Below, one piece after another: positions 39,156 through 47,882 of a stretch of DNA of 64,000 nt. Position 1 is the first letter of the stretch. Each line of letters begins with the position of its first letter. Source of the DNA: Nitrososphaerota archaeon (GTDB taxonomy: Archaea > Thermoproteota > Nitrososphaeria > Nitrososphaerales > JACPRH01). The translations under genes and the position numbers were made by a program. Under the pieces are notes generated by a model, which was not told the DNA's origin, made no database searches, and was given only the letters and a program-made list of their open reading frames with translations. The DNA lies in assembly GCA_023379805.1 (NCBI GenBank), contig JAMCPI010000005.1:1853-65852 (forward strand), given 5' to 3'.

Positions 39156-41081
39156 GTGACGCGAGCAACCCTGATCGAACTCCAGCCGCCACGAGCCACT
39201 TTCAGAAAGGCATCTATATGGATACAGTTACCGGCCGGAGCTGCCTTCACTTGGCTCACCACATTTATCCTGCTCAACCAGCTCAATATCAGCTTCAGAG
39301 TCCTAATGCGGAACAAAGGGCTAGTTAACCAGACCGTTCAATTGAACATTATCTCACCCTACATTGATAATACAATATGGTTGGTAACTCTCGCCTTAAT
39401 CATCATCACGTTTCTACTTCAAAGCCCGATACAAAGTATTGCAGAAGATTCAAGAATCAGGCTAGCCGCCTTTCTTTTCACTATTGCTTTAACCGCCTAT
39501 TTAGCTGAACTCCAAGTCCCTGCCCAGATTCTCGCTACGGCCGCGGCTTTGATAATTCTAGCTATCTCACTTTCAGGAACTGCAAAGACGCACTCCGTAT
39601 CGAGAAGAAAAGTGGCAACAATATTCGCTCTTCTCTGGCTTTTACCCCCACTTACAATTGAGATGTTCACGGCTGCTCGCTGGATTATCAGCGGTTTTGA
39701 TGGACAACTTTACTCCGCTGATTCAAGTTGGAGCCTCGCCGTCCTCGATCTTCAAATGACGAACTCTCTGCAACCTATTCTGCCGAGACTCTTCGTTCTC
39801 TTCGCAGCTATTATACCACTAACAATACTGTTCACACCGTATGAGAAATTAGCAAAAACACTAGCAGCCAAGATTCTAAAACCGAACCCGCGGAGCGATC
39901 CCTCAGGCTCGGATGGTAGCGTGAAATTGGCAAGAATGATTCTCGCCGTATCAGTTGCAGCGACAGTCTTCATCAGCAGCTACCCCTACCTTCCTGCAGT
40001 CAACCCACAGTCAAAGATGGTCAGCGTCGACGCCAAATACTACTACGCCATGATGCAGACCACTACTCGCGTCGATGCTCTAACAGCCCTTGGCACAATA
40101 TCCCATCACGATCATATGTTTTACCTGATCGTGCAACAGGTAGTTGCTACACTCACAGGCTCAGTAGATATTACAATCAGGATTATGCCCCCGATTCTAG
40201 CAGCACTTCTCACCATATCGACTTACTTCATGGTTGCGGCTTATTCGAGGAATCGATTCCTCGCCGCAGTGGCCGCGCTCTTCACAGCTGCATCTTTCCA
40301 AGTGATAGCCGGAATTAACGCGGGCTTCTACGCGAACTGGCTTGCTCTATCTGAAATGAACATTTTCCTCATACTTTTCCTGAAAGCGGTAGAGAGAGGA
40401 GAAAAATTCTCAGGATACTCAATCCTTTCAGCAGGCTTAGCTATAGTGATTCTTTTCACTCACTCAGCCACTTGGACAGTGATGATGGCGGGCCTCTTAA
40501 CCTACACCGCAATATCTGCCGCAGCAAAAACACTGAAGCGATGTGAACTGGTAATCATCACCCAAATAGTTGCATTAAACATACTCAGTGAACTCCTGAA
40601 AACTAACCTGCTCCATAACCAGTCAACCGCTCTGCAGGCAGCAAGTATGACGCCGCACATAAGTTACAGCAACCTCCTAATAGTGTATCAGAATCTCGGC
40701 ACAACATTCAGCTACTTCTTAGGAGGAGCCTACGCAAACCCCCTAATCATTATCCTAGCAACCATAGGTCTAGCGCAGATAGTGAAGAGCCGCCAGAAGC
40801 TGCACCAAATACTGCTCAGCTTCACAATCGTCTGCATACTCGGAACCTTCTTCACATCCTCAGTAATGCCGGAACTATTCCAGTCACGATTCATCTACTT
40901 GATCCCCTTCCAAATACTAGCCGCATTCGGATTCAACAGCGTCCTCAACCTATCAAACAGAGTCTTCACCGAAAAAGCCGGGAGAATAGGATGGGCGGTG
41001 CCCGTGATGCTGCAGATAATAGTTTTCAGCCAACTCCTAAGCTACGCACTACGCGTAGTGGGCTTCGTTTACACCGTCTGA
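39156..41081 (+). CDS. Polytopic membrane protein, possible GT-C-fold glycosyltransferase
   Basis: About 15 hydrophobic segments; SVDAKYY external loop, G.YANWLAL, H..TW and SRFIYLIP motifs. Confidence 0.55.
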   Translation: MTRATLIELQPPRATFRKASIWIQLPAGAAFTWLTTFILLNQLNISFRVLMRNKGLVNQTVQLNIISPYIDNTIWLVTLALIIITFLLQSPIQSIAEDSRIRLAAFLFTIALTAYLAELQVPAQILATAAALIILAISLSGTAKTHSVSRRKVATIFALLWLLPPLTIEMFTAARWIISGFDGQLYSADSSWSLAVLDLQMTNSLQPILPRLFVLFAAIIPLTILFTPYEKLAKTLAAKILKPNPRSDPSGSDGSVKLARMILAVSVAATVFISSYPYLPAVNPQSKMVSVDAKYYYAMMQTTTRVDALTALGTISHHDHMFYLIVQQVVATLTGSVDITIRIMPPILAALLTISTYFMVAAYSRNRFLAAVAALFTAASFQVIAGINAGFYANWLALSEMNIFLILFLKAVERGEKFSGYSILSAGLAIVILFTHSATWTVMMAGLLTYTAISAAAKTLKRCELVIITQIVALNILSELLKTNLLHNQSTALQAASMTPHISYSNLLIVYQNLGTTFSYFLGGAYANPLIIILATIGLAQIVKSRQKLHQILLSFTIVCILGTFFTSSVMPELFQSRFIYLIPFQILAAFGFNSVLNLSNRVFTEKAGRIGWAVPVMLQIIVFSQLLSYALRVVGFVYTV

Positions 41082-41260
41082 ATTAATAGTATATCTTCTG
41101 ACTGGTTGCCAGAGTCAAGTCAACGCAAATTTGTCGCGAAAATGCTGAGAGCTTATGCGGAAAAAGGGTACTGTTTCATTTTCGGTTGGTTTTGAAGAGC
41201 GTTTCGCTTCGGGTGATGAGAGATAATTTTTTATTACTAACGTAGAATAGTTTAGAATTG

Positions 41261-41407
41261 ATGGTTAAGAAAACAGAAGGACTTTACCTGTGTGAGGAAT
41301 GTGGATTACTATACAAAGAACAGTCTTGGGCTGAGAAGTGCGAAGCTTGGTGTAAAAAGAACATCTCATGCAATCTGGAAATTACAAAGCATTCCGTTAA
41401 GGGATGA
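41261..41407 (+). CDS. 48-aa Cys-rich small protein (CxxC zinc-finger-like), below the ORF-track cutoff
   Basis: ATG 41261 to TGA 41407: MVKKTEGLYLCEECGLLYKEQSWAEKCEAWCKKNISCNLEITKHSVKG. Confidence 0.75.
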   Translation: MVKKTEGLYLCEECGLLYKEQSWAEKCEAWCKKNISCNLEITKHSVKG

Positions 41408-41511
41408 TCTGCATCATTAGTTTGTTAAGCCGTTCCACTTCGGCTAACTGCTTCCGCAAGCCTTACGTTCACGTTAACGTTCTTCCAGCAACCAATTTCC
41501 ATTTAGTTAGT

Positions 41512-43605
41512 CTACGGTGAAACTGTAACTGTTAATGCAGAGGAGCTTTTTACACCTGTAGTGGCGTCAGTTACATCCAGCTTCACGGCGAATGTGCCTG
41601 AGGATTTAGGGTACCATACGGGGTTCGCGTAAACCGATGTCTGTCCGTCTCCAAAGTCCCACCTGTAGCTGCTCGACGACGTTCTACTCGATACGTAGGA
41701 TTCTATGTTCACCGCCTGACCAACTTTGGGGTTAGCGGGGTACGGCCCAAGAATTTTAGACGAAACCTCCTTTAGCGCAGTCCTCGAAACTGTTTGGAGG
41801 ATTGCTGAGGCCGTTTTCCCACTGTACACCGCCTTTACGGTGTATGTTCCAGTAGCATTGCTGGTGTCCACTGAACCCTGCCTAGATATGCTCCACATGC
41901 CTGTGGAAGACGGAGCCACCTGACCTACCGTAAAAGAAGATCCGTCCGGCTTCATGATGTCAATCGTGACGTTAATGGCGGTGGCGGTGACAGGCCATAC
42001 AGTGCCTGATACGGTGAAACGTTGCCCCGGCATATACAGGACTTGATCTATCGACACCGATTTATCGGCAGTTTGGCTCCACAAGTAGTACTCGTTGGGA
42101 TAAAGGTCTGAAACAAAGGTCACCTGGGAGATACTATTCCAGTCTGAGGAGAATGTGATGCTGTAGATACCGGTAGTTTTGAAGTAATGGGTCACGTTTT
42201 TGTCGCCGTACATGAATTTCAGCGTTGTATCACCCCAGACAGGTATCTTGATTCTACGATTCAAGTAGTCGAACTCGAAGTGACGGTAGTTTAGAGAGCC
42301 GCGATCTATGTGCCTATCGGAAATCAACGGAGCCGCTAAGCCTCTGCCATTTTGAGGGGATATCCCTAGCAGGAACAGGGTTAACGCGCCTTCTGCAGTC
42401 GCATAATCAGAATAGTTGGAAGTGCTTTTTAATCTAAACCTGTTTGTGCCGGGCTGCTTCAAATCGGATGCGTTTACACCCAGCCAGGCTCTCGGAGCCT
42501 TACCGCTCCCCTCAAGCATGCGCTTCATGTTTGTTTGGTTCCCGTGGTTGAACACACCGTAGAAGGTGTCGAGCAGTATCCAAGCGTTTAATGTACCATC
42601 CAACCGGCGTTCATGGTTGCCTGAATGATGATGATCAACAACCCGGTAATCTGCATCCCACTGGGGCGACTGCCACAGACTGTTCACATACCGCATCTGC
42701 ATATCCGTGGTAACCCGGCTCCAATTCACTAAACCAGCTCCGTTCAAACGCAGTTTAGCGACATTAGGAAAGACATCCATCGCACTGTACTCCCAACCTG
42801 ACCAAGCAGGCGAGTAACTATAGTGATCTCTCGACCAAGATCTGTTGTTGAGCCAACCCCACTCCTGAACCGAGTAATCGAAAGCGCCTTTCACACCCAG
42901 CTTATGGAAGATAAGGAAAGAGTCCATGAGGCTTCCAGACTCATGCCACCTTGTCCCAAACAACGAATCGGCAGCTAAAGCATCAGGGTTAATTTGGTAA
43001 AAAGCCCGCCCATACCTATCCCTCATAGTTTTTAAAGCCAAGAACCCGGATGTTTTATTCCACCGCGCCTTCTCCCAATTCAACTCCTCAGAGTAACGGT
43101 ACCCGTAGAGAACATATCTCGCAGCAGGCCAGAAGGACCCCTTACTCTCCTTGCTGGTTTCCGGCAGCGAATATCTGCTGTACATAGGAATATTGCTTAA
43201 AGCAAGCCTCACCTTAGCATCAATGACGCTCGACGAATAACCAGCCTGCTCAGCATAACGCTTCACAGCAAAAACATCCTCCCAATCACCAGCATCAGCC
43301 ATCCGAGTAATCCAGCCGTCAAAATCGCTCACCACAGACCTATGCATCACAACACCAACATCCACCAAACTACCCCAACTCGAAACTTCACCCAAACTCG
43401 CGTTGATCTGATCCGCCAAAGGCGCCTTAGAAACAACAACAGATACAACAGGAGCATTGTAATATGCCGCAACAGACACAGGTGTCAACAACAACAGCGA
43501 CACTACCATCAGTACCAATACCCGGCTGCGCACACACTCCATTCTCAGTCTTACTCCATGCTGCGCCTCAATACCCGATCGAGCGCATCTACCAACAGCA
43601 ACCAA
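41512..43605 (-). CDS. Secreted protein: Trp/Tyr-rich N-terminal domain, Ig-like domain and C-terminal PKD domain
   Basis: Signal peptide RSRVLVLMVVSLLLLTPVSVAA; PKD motif YRWDFGDG...G.F.VKL.VTD. True start probably about 43542. Confidence 0.75.
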   Translation of the reverse strand: MVAVGRCARSGIEAQHGVRLRMECVRSRVLVLMVVSLLLLTPVSVAAYYNAPVVSVVVSKAPLADQINASLGEVSSWGSLVDVGVVMHRSVVSDFDGWITRMADAGDWEDVFAVKRYAEQAGYSSSVIDAKVRLALSNIPMYSRYSLPETSKESKGSFWPAARYVLYGYRYSEELNWEKARWNKTSGFLALKTMRDRYGRAFYQINPDALAADSLFGTRWHESGSLMDSFLIFHKLGVKGAFDYSVQEWGWLNNRSWSRDHYSYSPAWSGWEYSAMDVFPNVAKLRLNGAGLVNWSRVTTDMQMRYVNSLWQSPQWDADYRVVDHHHSGNHERRLDGTLNAWILLDTFYGVFNHGNQTNMKRMLEGSGKAPRAWLGVNASDLKQPGTNRFRLKSTSNYSDYATAEGALTLFLLGISPQNGRGLAAPLISDRHIDRGSLNYRHFEFDYLNRRIKIPVWGDTTLKFMYGDKNVTHYFKTTGIYSITFSSDWNSISQVTFVSDLYPNEYYLWSQTADKSVSIDQVLYMPGQRFTVSGTVWPVTATAINVTIDIMKPDGSSFTVGQVAPSSTGMWSISRQGSVDTSNATGTYTVKAVYSGKTASAILQTVSRTALKEVSSKILGPYPANPKVGQAVNIESYVSSRTSSSSYRWDFGDGQTSVYANPVWYPKSSGTFAVKLDVTDATTGVKSSSALTVTVSP

Positions 43606-44004
43606 TAATACATAAAAAGATTCTATTTAAACACCATAAATTGTCTCGCAGCTACTCAACACCCAAACCTCAAACAACCAAACAAACTAGCTCCAACTTC
43701 CCATTCGACCACCACAGCTCTGAAGGAGATGACCCACAAATATGGGAAGCATTCTATCCTGAATCTTATTTGAGGCTGCGCTTGAGGCATCAAATCTACG
43801 GCACAGGGCAAATAGACTGGATAGACGTAGAGTCCCCAACAAACTAGCCCGAAACACTGAACGAGTAAAAACAATCATGGAAAAAATGAAATTAGTTTCA
43901 AAAAGGATTTTACTCTTTGACAGTATGTCTAGCTGAAGTCTTACGCTAGTTGGAAATCTGCGTTATGGTAAGACTTATTACCGTTTGTCGTATTTAATAA
44001 TGAT

Positions 44005-44277
44005 GTGCAGACACAGCGGGTCAAAGTGAGAAAGAAGGGACAAATCACACTTCCCCAGAAGCTGCGGAGAAAGTGGGGTCTCAACGAAGGATCCGAGATA
44101 GTAATTATAACTGCCGCAGCCGAAGAGGATCAAGCGGTCATCAGGCCTGTTAAACGGATTCGAGTGAAGGAAGCGGCTGGCTCTCTTGGACAAGCGGACA
44201 GCGACGAAGTAGAATTCGCTGTCGCCGATCCCGAACTGCTGTCACAATACTATCTGAAAAAATATGGTAGTAGATAA
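44005..44277 (+). CDS. AbrB/MazE/SpoVT-family antitoxin
   Basis: VKVRKKGQITLPQKLRRKWGLNEG motif; directly upstream of a PIN toxin. Confidence 0.88.
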   Translation: MQTQRVKVRKKGQITLPQKLRRKWGLNEGSEIVIITAAAEEDQAVIRPVKRIRVKEAAGSLGQADSDEVEFAVADPELLSQYYLKKYGSR

Positions 44278-44279
44278 CG

Positions 44280-44783
44280 TTGGCCGGTCAATTAACCAAC
44301 ATACCGCCAGACAGAGTGGTTTTCATAGATGCAAACATCTTTCACTTCTACCTAAGAGGACCAAGTACTATTCAAAAAGCCTGCACCAGCCTACTTCAAA
44401 GGATAGAGCGAAACGAAATAACAGGATGCACCTCGACTTTGGTTCTTGATGAGCTGATCTACAAGCTCCTTCTAAAGAAGATTGAAGACAAGTACAAACG
44501 GAATCCGTTAGATATTCTGCAACGCACCCCAGAGGAAGCAAGCATCCATTCACCTGACCTCCGAAAAGCAATCAACTCAGTAATGGGAATAGAAGGACTG
44601 ACCGTTCTCGCAGTCGAAGCGCGACACATAGAAGAATCCGTAGACTACATCCAGAAACACTCACTACTCCCAAGAGACGCAGTCCACTTATCAGTCATGA
44701 ACACAATCGAGTGCACAGATCTCGCATCAGCAGACACCGATTTCGACAGAGTCACAAACCTAAACCGATGGACACCAATATAG
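44280..44783 (+). CDS. vapC: PIN-domain (VapC) toxin
   Basis: VFIDANIF, VLDE, LLPRDAVH and SADTDFDRV acidic PIN motifs. Confidence 0.9.
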   Translation: MAGQLTNIPPDRVVFIDANIFHFYLRGPSTIQKACTSLLQRIERNEITGCTSTLVLDELIYKLLLKKIEDKYKRNPLDILQRTPEEASIHSPDLRKAINSVMGIEGLTVLAVEARHIEESVDYIQKHSLLPRDAVHLSVMNTIECTDLASADTDFDRVTNLNRWTPI

Positions 44784-44864
44784 AATACACCAAGCAATAT
44801 CAAAAGAGCGCGTGCTCTAAGCGGGTAACGTGTCCTCCGACACTAAAGAAATAGGAGGGTGGGT

Positions 44865-44882
44865 GCCGCGAATAGTCGCGGC
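44865..44882. terminator. GC hairpin between the convergent vapC and Thr-rich ORF
   Basis: GCCGCGA-ATAG-TCGCGGC; pyrimidine-rich tract follows on the minus strand. Confidence 0.45.
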
Positions 44883-44895
44883 TTCTCTTGCTTGT

Positions 44896-45465
44896 TTACT
44901 GTTCTCGTCGTCTGGATATGTGCAGTGCTACAGCGATTAGTGCGCTGAGAGCGATTATTGCCGCTGCGTAGGCTGCGTAGGTGGTATTGCTTGGGATACC
45001 GACCTGTTCGGTGCTGGTTACTGTCACTCCGGGTGGGTTAGCTGCGGATGTCTGGGTGCTTGTGAGGGTCGCTTGGCTTGTGACTGTCGTAGTGGAAGTT
45101 GTTACCGCGGTGGATAGTACTTCGCTTGTCCTGACCTGAGTGGCTGTGGTCGTGGCGGTCGCGGTCTCTACAAGCATGCGACCTGATGTAACTGTGGTTG
45201 TGGCTGTAGTGGTCAAGGATGGAGTGGCTGTTCTAGTTGATGTTTCCGTGGCGGTGTTTGTCTTAGTAGCAGTAGCGGTTACAGTGGCTGTAGTAGCTGT
45301 AGTACTCGCTGTGGTCGTGGTTGTAATAGAGCTGATGCGGCTGGTGGTGGTTGTGGAGGTAGAAGACGTTGTGGTGGTGACTGCGACTACTCCGGGGCCG
45401 GGTGCGATTATTACGCCTCCGGCGGGGGATGCTGCTGCCGCTGTGTCTCCAACTAGCGAAAGCAT
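44896..45465 (-). CDS. Thr-rich stalk plus C-terminal TM anchor without signal peptide (probable N-terminally truncated surface-protein gene)
   Basis: T/S-rich tract, then PPGVTVTSTEQVG..S..TYAA, TM and RRR; parallels the C-terminal part of 58766-60340. Confidence 0.6.
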   Translation of the reverse strand: MLSLVGDTAAAASPAGGVIIAPGPGVVAVTTTTSSTSTTTTSRISSITTTTTASTTATTATVTATATKTNTATETSTRTATPSLTTTATTTVTSGRMLVETATATTTATQVRTSEVLSTAVTTSTTTVTSQATLTSTQTSAANPPGVTVTSTEQVGIPSNTTYAAYAAAIIALSALIAVALHISRRREQ

Positions 45466-45510
45466 TTGGTGAGTGAGTTAAGAGGAAAGAGCTACTTGTC
45501 ACCCTTATCA

Positions 45511-46350
45511 CTACCATTTCAATATGGGAATGTACCTTGCATTCTTATTATAGACGTTGTTCTGGTACCATCTGCGAAGCCGTAACCGGTAGAATATTCC
45601 CAGCAAATCTATGAACATGCGTAACGTATGCCGCGTTCCAAACGAGGCGTTTGACGCTAGCATGATAGGTAGCTCGACCATGCGCAACCCTAGCAAGGAC
45701 GACACCGTGAGAACCTCAACATCAAAGGCGTACCGTTTCACAGTTATTAGGGGAAGAATAGATGCTAGGCTTTCGCGCCTGAAAACCTTTAGCCCAGACT
45801 GCGTATCAGAAATATTGACTCCAGTCAAGACTCTTACCAGCGTATTGAAACCTAGGCTTAGCACCTTCCGACTTGACGGTTGACTAATGTGAGAATTAGG
45901 GTGCCGTTTAGAGGCGATCAAGATGTCAGCATCTTTCAGATGTGCAATGCAGCCTTGAAGATTTGATGGAGATATCTCTAAATCACAATCCATAAAGACA
46001 ATGAAATCACCGGATGCAAACCTAGAACCATAACCTAATGCATATCCCTTACCCATATTAGGGGAATAGCCTATTACTCTGCAGTTACGATTAGAGAGCC
46101 TGCACCAAGCAAGAGCTCTTTCCCGCGTATCATCAACAGAACCATCATCCACCAGAATGACCTCGTACCTATACCCGACAATACCCTCCAAAACACAGGT
46201 AACCTGTCTCAAAACATTCTCCACAACAGAACCCTCATTGAAAGCAGGAAGCACCACAGAAATCATCGGTAAACTAGCCTTCGAAGACATAGACAACCCG
46301 ACAGACATATACTCATACACCTTGAACCAAGAAAAATACACGCTCCACAC
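45511..46350 (-). CDS. GT2 dolichol-phosphate glycosyltransferase-like protein (paralog of 37149-37913)
   Basis: VLPAFNE, VDDGS.D, NMGKGYA, MDCD, DTQSGLK and YAFDVE motifs; same WYQ.N...Y.PI..W C-terminus. Start probably downstream of the ORF-track start. Confidence 0.9.
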   Translation of the reverse strand: MWSVYFSWFKVYEYMSVGLSMSSKASLPMISVVLPAFNEGSVVENVLRQVTCVLEGIVGYRYEVILVDDGSVDDTRERALAWCRLSNRNCRVIGYSPNMGKGYALGYGSRFASGDFIVFMDCDLEISPSNLQGCIAHLKDADILIASKRHPNSHISQPSSRKVLSLGFNTLVRVLTGVNISDTQSGLKVFRRESLASILPLITVKRYAFDVEVLTVSSLLGLRMVELPIMLASNASFGTRHTLRMFIDLLGIFYRLRLRRWYQNNVYNKNARYIPILKW

Positions 46351-46619
46351 AGGGAACGCAGTAGACTTGCATCTAACTCAAGACCCAAGAATAGAAGCTT
46401 TTAAGCTATGCGAAATCAGGTTCCGTCAAATCCTTTGGACATATGTCCGTAAACCGCCTCTGTCATGTCACTCTAATTTTAGAGCCTCTTTTTGAAACAA
46501 TAATATAGTTCATCTATAGCCCCTTTAGGCACATGTTACCTCTAGCCACCAGAGATGAAACGACTCTAGAGGCGCATTGATTTGAGGTTTAGTTATCGAA
46601 TTCGAAGAGGGAACTAAGT

Positions 46620-47816
46620 TTGGGCGGACTAAATATCGGCATCGTAGTAGATCGCGTCATGCCTTACTACATAGGGGGATATGAGAGACGCTACTGGGAA
46701 CTCGCCCGACGCCTAGCTGAAAACAACGAAGTTCACATCTTTACCTCCTGCCCGCAGTCGGAAACGATTGAACAGGTGAACATCCACAAGGTAGCGGCGC
46801 CGAAACCATACTTTAACGATAAAGGATACCGTATCCTCCACCAAGACCTTGGTTTCACGCTCAGGTATCTATCCAAGTTTGAAAAGATGGATGTGATAGA
46901 CTGTAACGCCACCCCCTTCATACATCTACCGTTAATGACCCTCGCGGCCAAGTATAAGAGAACAAAAATCGCAGTCACAGTTCACGAAGTCCTCCAGAAA
47001 ACAGTCAACACCTATCTCTACTACCGTTACCAGAACCCGGTTCAGAGAAAACTCATCCCAGTAATGTCAAGCATAGGTTCACGAATAATCAAAGCCTCGT
47101 TGACCCACCCCAAACCAGACCTAACTATAGCGGTCTCAGAAACAACTAAGCAGATGCTTGAAAACATCGGGCTTAACCACGTCAGCCTCATACCGAACGG
47201 AGTAAACGCCACAAACCTTGCCAAGAGCATCAAAGAGGACGCGGAAACAGATGTGGTGTTCATCGGCCGCCTCTCACCTGAGAAACGAGTCGAAGACCTT
47301 TTGGAAAGCCTCCGCTACTTGAAGCAGCAGTACGGAGTAATCTCAAAGAGCAAAATCGTCGGCAACGGCCCACTTCAGAAAAAACTTGCTGCAAAAGCAG
47401 ATATGCTGGGGGTATCAGACTACGTTCAGTTCACCGGGCAACTAAGCGAACAGGAACTTCAAAACACCCTTAAAACTTCAAGAATTTTCGTTCTTCCTTC
47501 TGCCCGCGAAGGCTTCTCAATCGCAACGGCAGAAGCAATGGCCAACGGATTACCAGTAATTATGGCAGTACCACCTGTCCCAGAAGAAGCAGGAGGCGCG
47601 CTCAACCTTATCGATAACGGAGCAAACGGGCTAACCTACCCATTAGGAAACATAGCGGAACTTGCTGATAGGATAATGACTCTGCTAAAAGACGATAAAC
47701 TTCGCAGCAACTTAGGAACTGCATCACACCAAAAAGCTGCTCAGTTCAACTGGGACAACATCGCGAAAACATACGAAGAAACATTAACAAAAATAGTGGA
47801 AGGTAGGCTTGCTTGA
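46620..47816 (+). CDS. GT4-family glycosyltransferase
   Basis: GGYERRY, IPNGV, FIGRL..EKR and PSAREGF.I...EAMANGLPV motifs. Confidence 0.92.
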   Translation: MGGLNIGIVVDRVMPYYIGGYERRYWELARRLAENNEVHIFTSCPQSETIEQVNIHKVAAPKPYFNDKGYRILHQDLGFTLRYLSKFEKMDVIDCNATPFIHLPLMTLAAKYKRTKIAVTVHEVLQKTVNTYLYYRYQNPVQRKLIPVMSSIGSRIIKASLTHPKPDLTIAVSETTKQMLENIGLNHVSLIPNGVNATNLAKSIKEDAETDVVFIGRLSPEKRVEDLLESLRYLKQQYGVISKSKIVGNGPLQKKLAAKADMLGVSDYVQFTGQLSEQELQNTLKTSRIFVLPSAREGFSIATAEAMANGLPVIMAVPPVPEEAGGALNLIDNGANGLTYPLGNIAELADRIMTLLKDDKLRSNLGTASHQKAAQFNWDNIAKTYEETLTKIVEGRLA

Positions 47817-47882
47817 TTAGCCTACCCACCTACCGACCGAGCAAGATCAACTAGTTATTGATCTTTACTGGATTTTACAGGA

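Noticed and set aside
43464-43878. Several overlapping short ORFs upstream of the TA pair
   Set aside because: No recognisable motifs in any frame.
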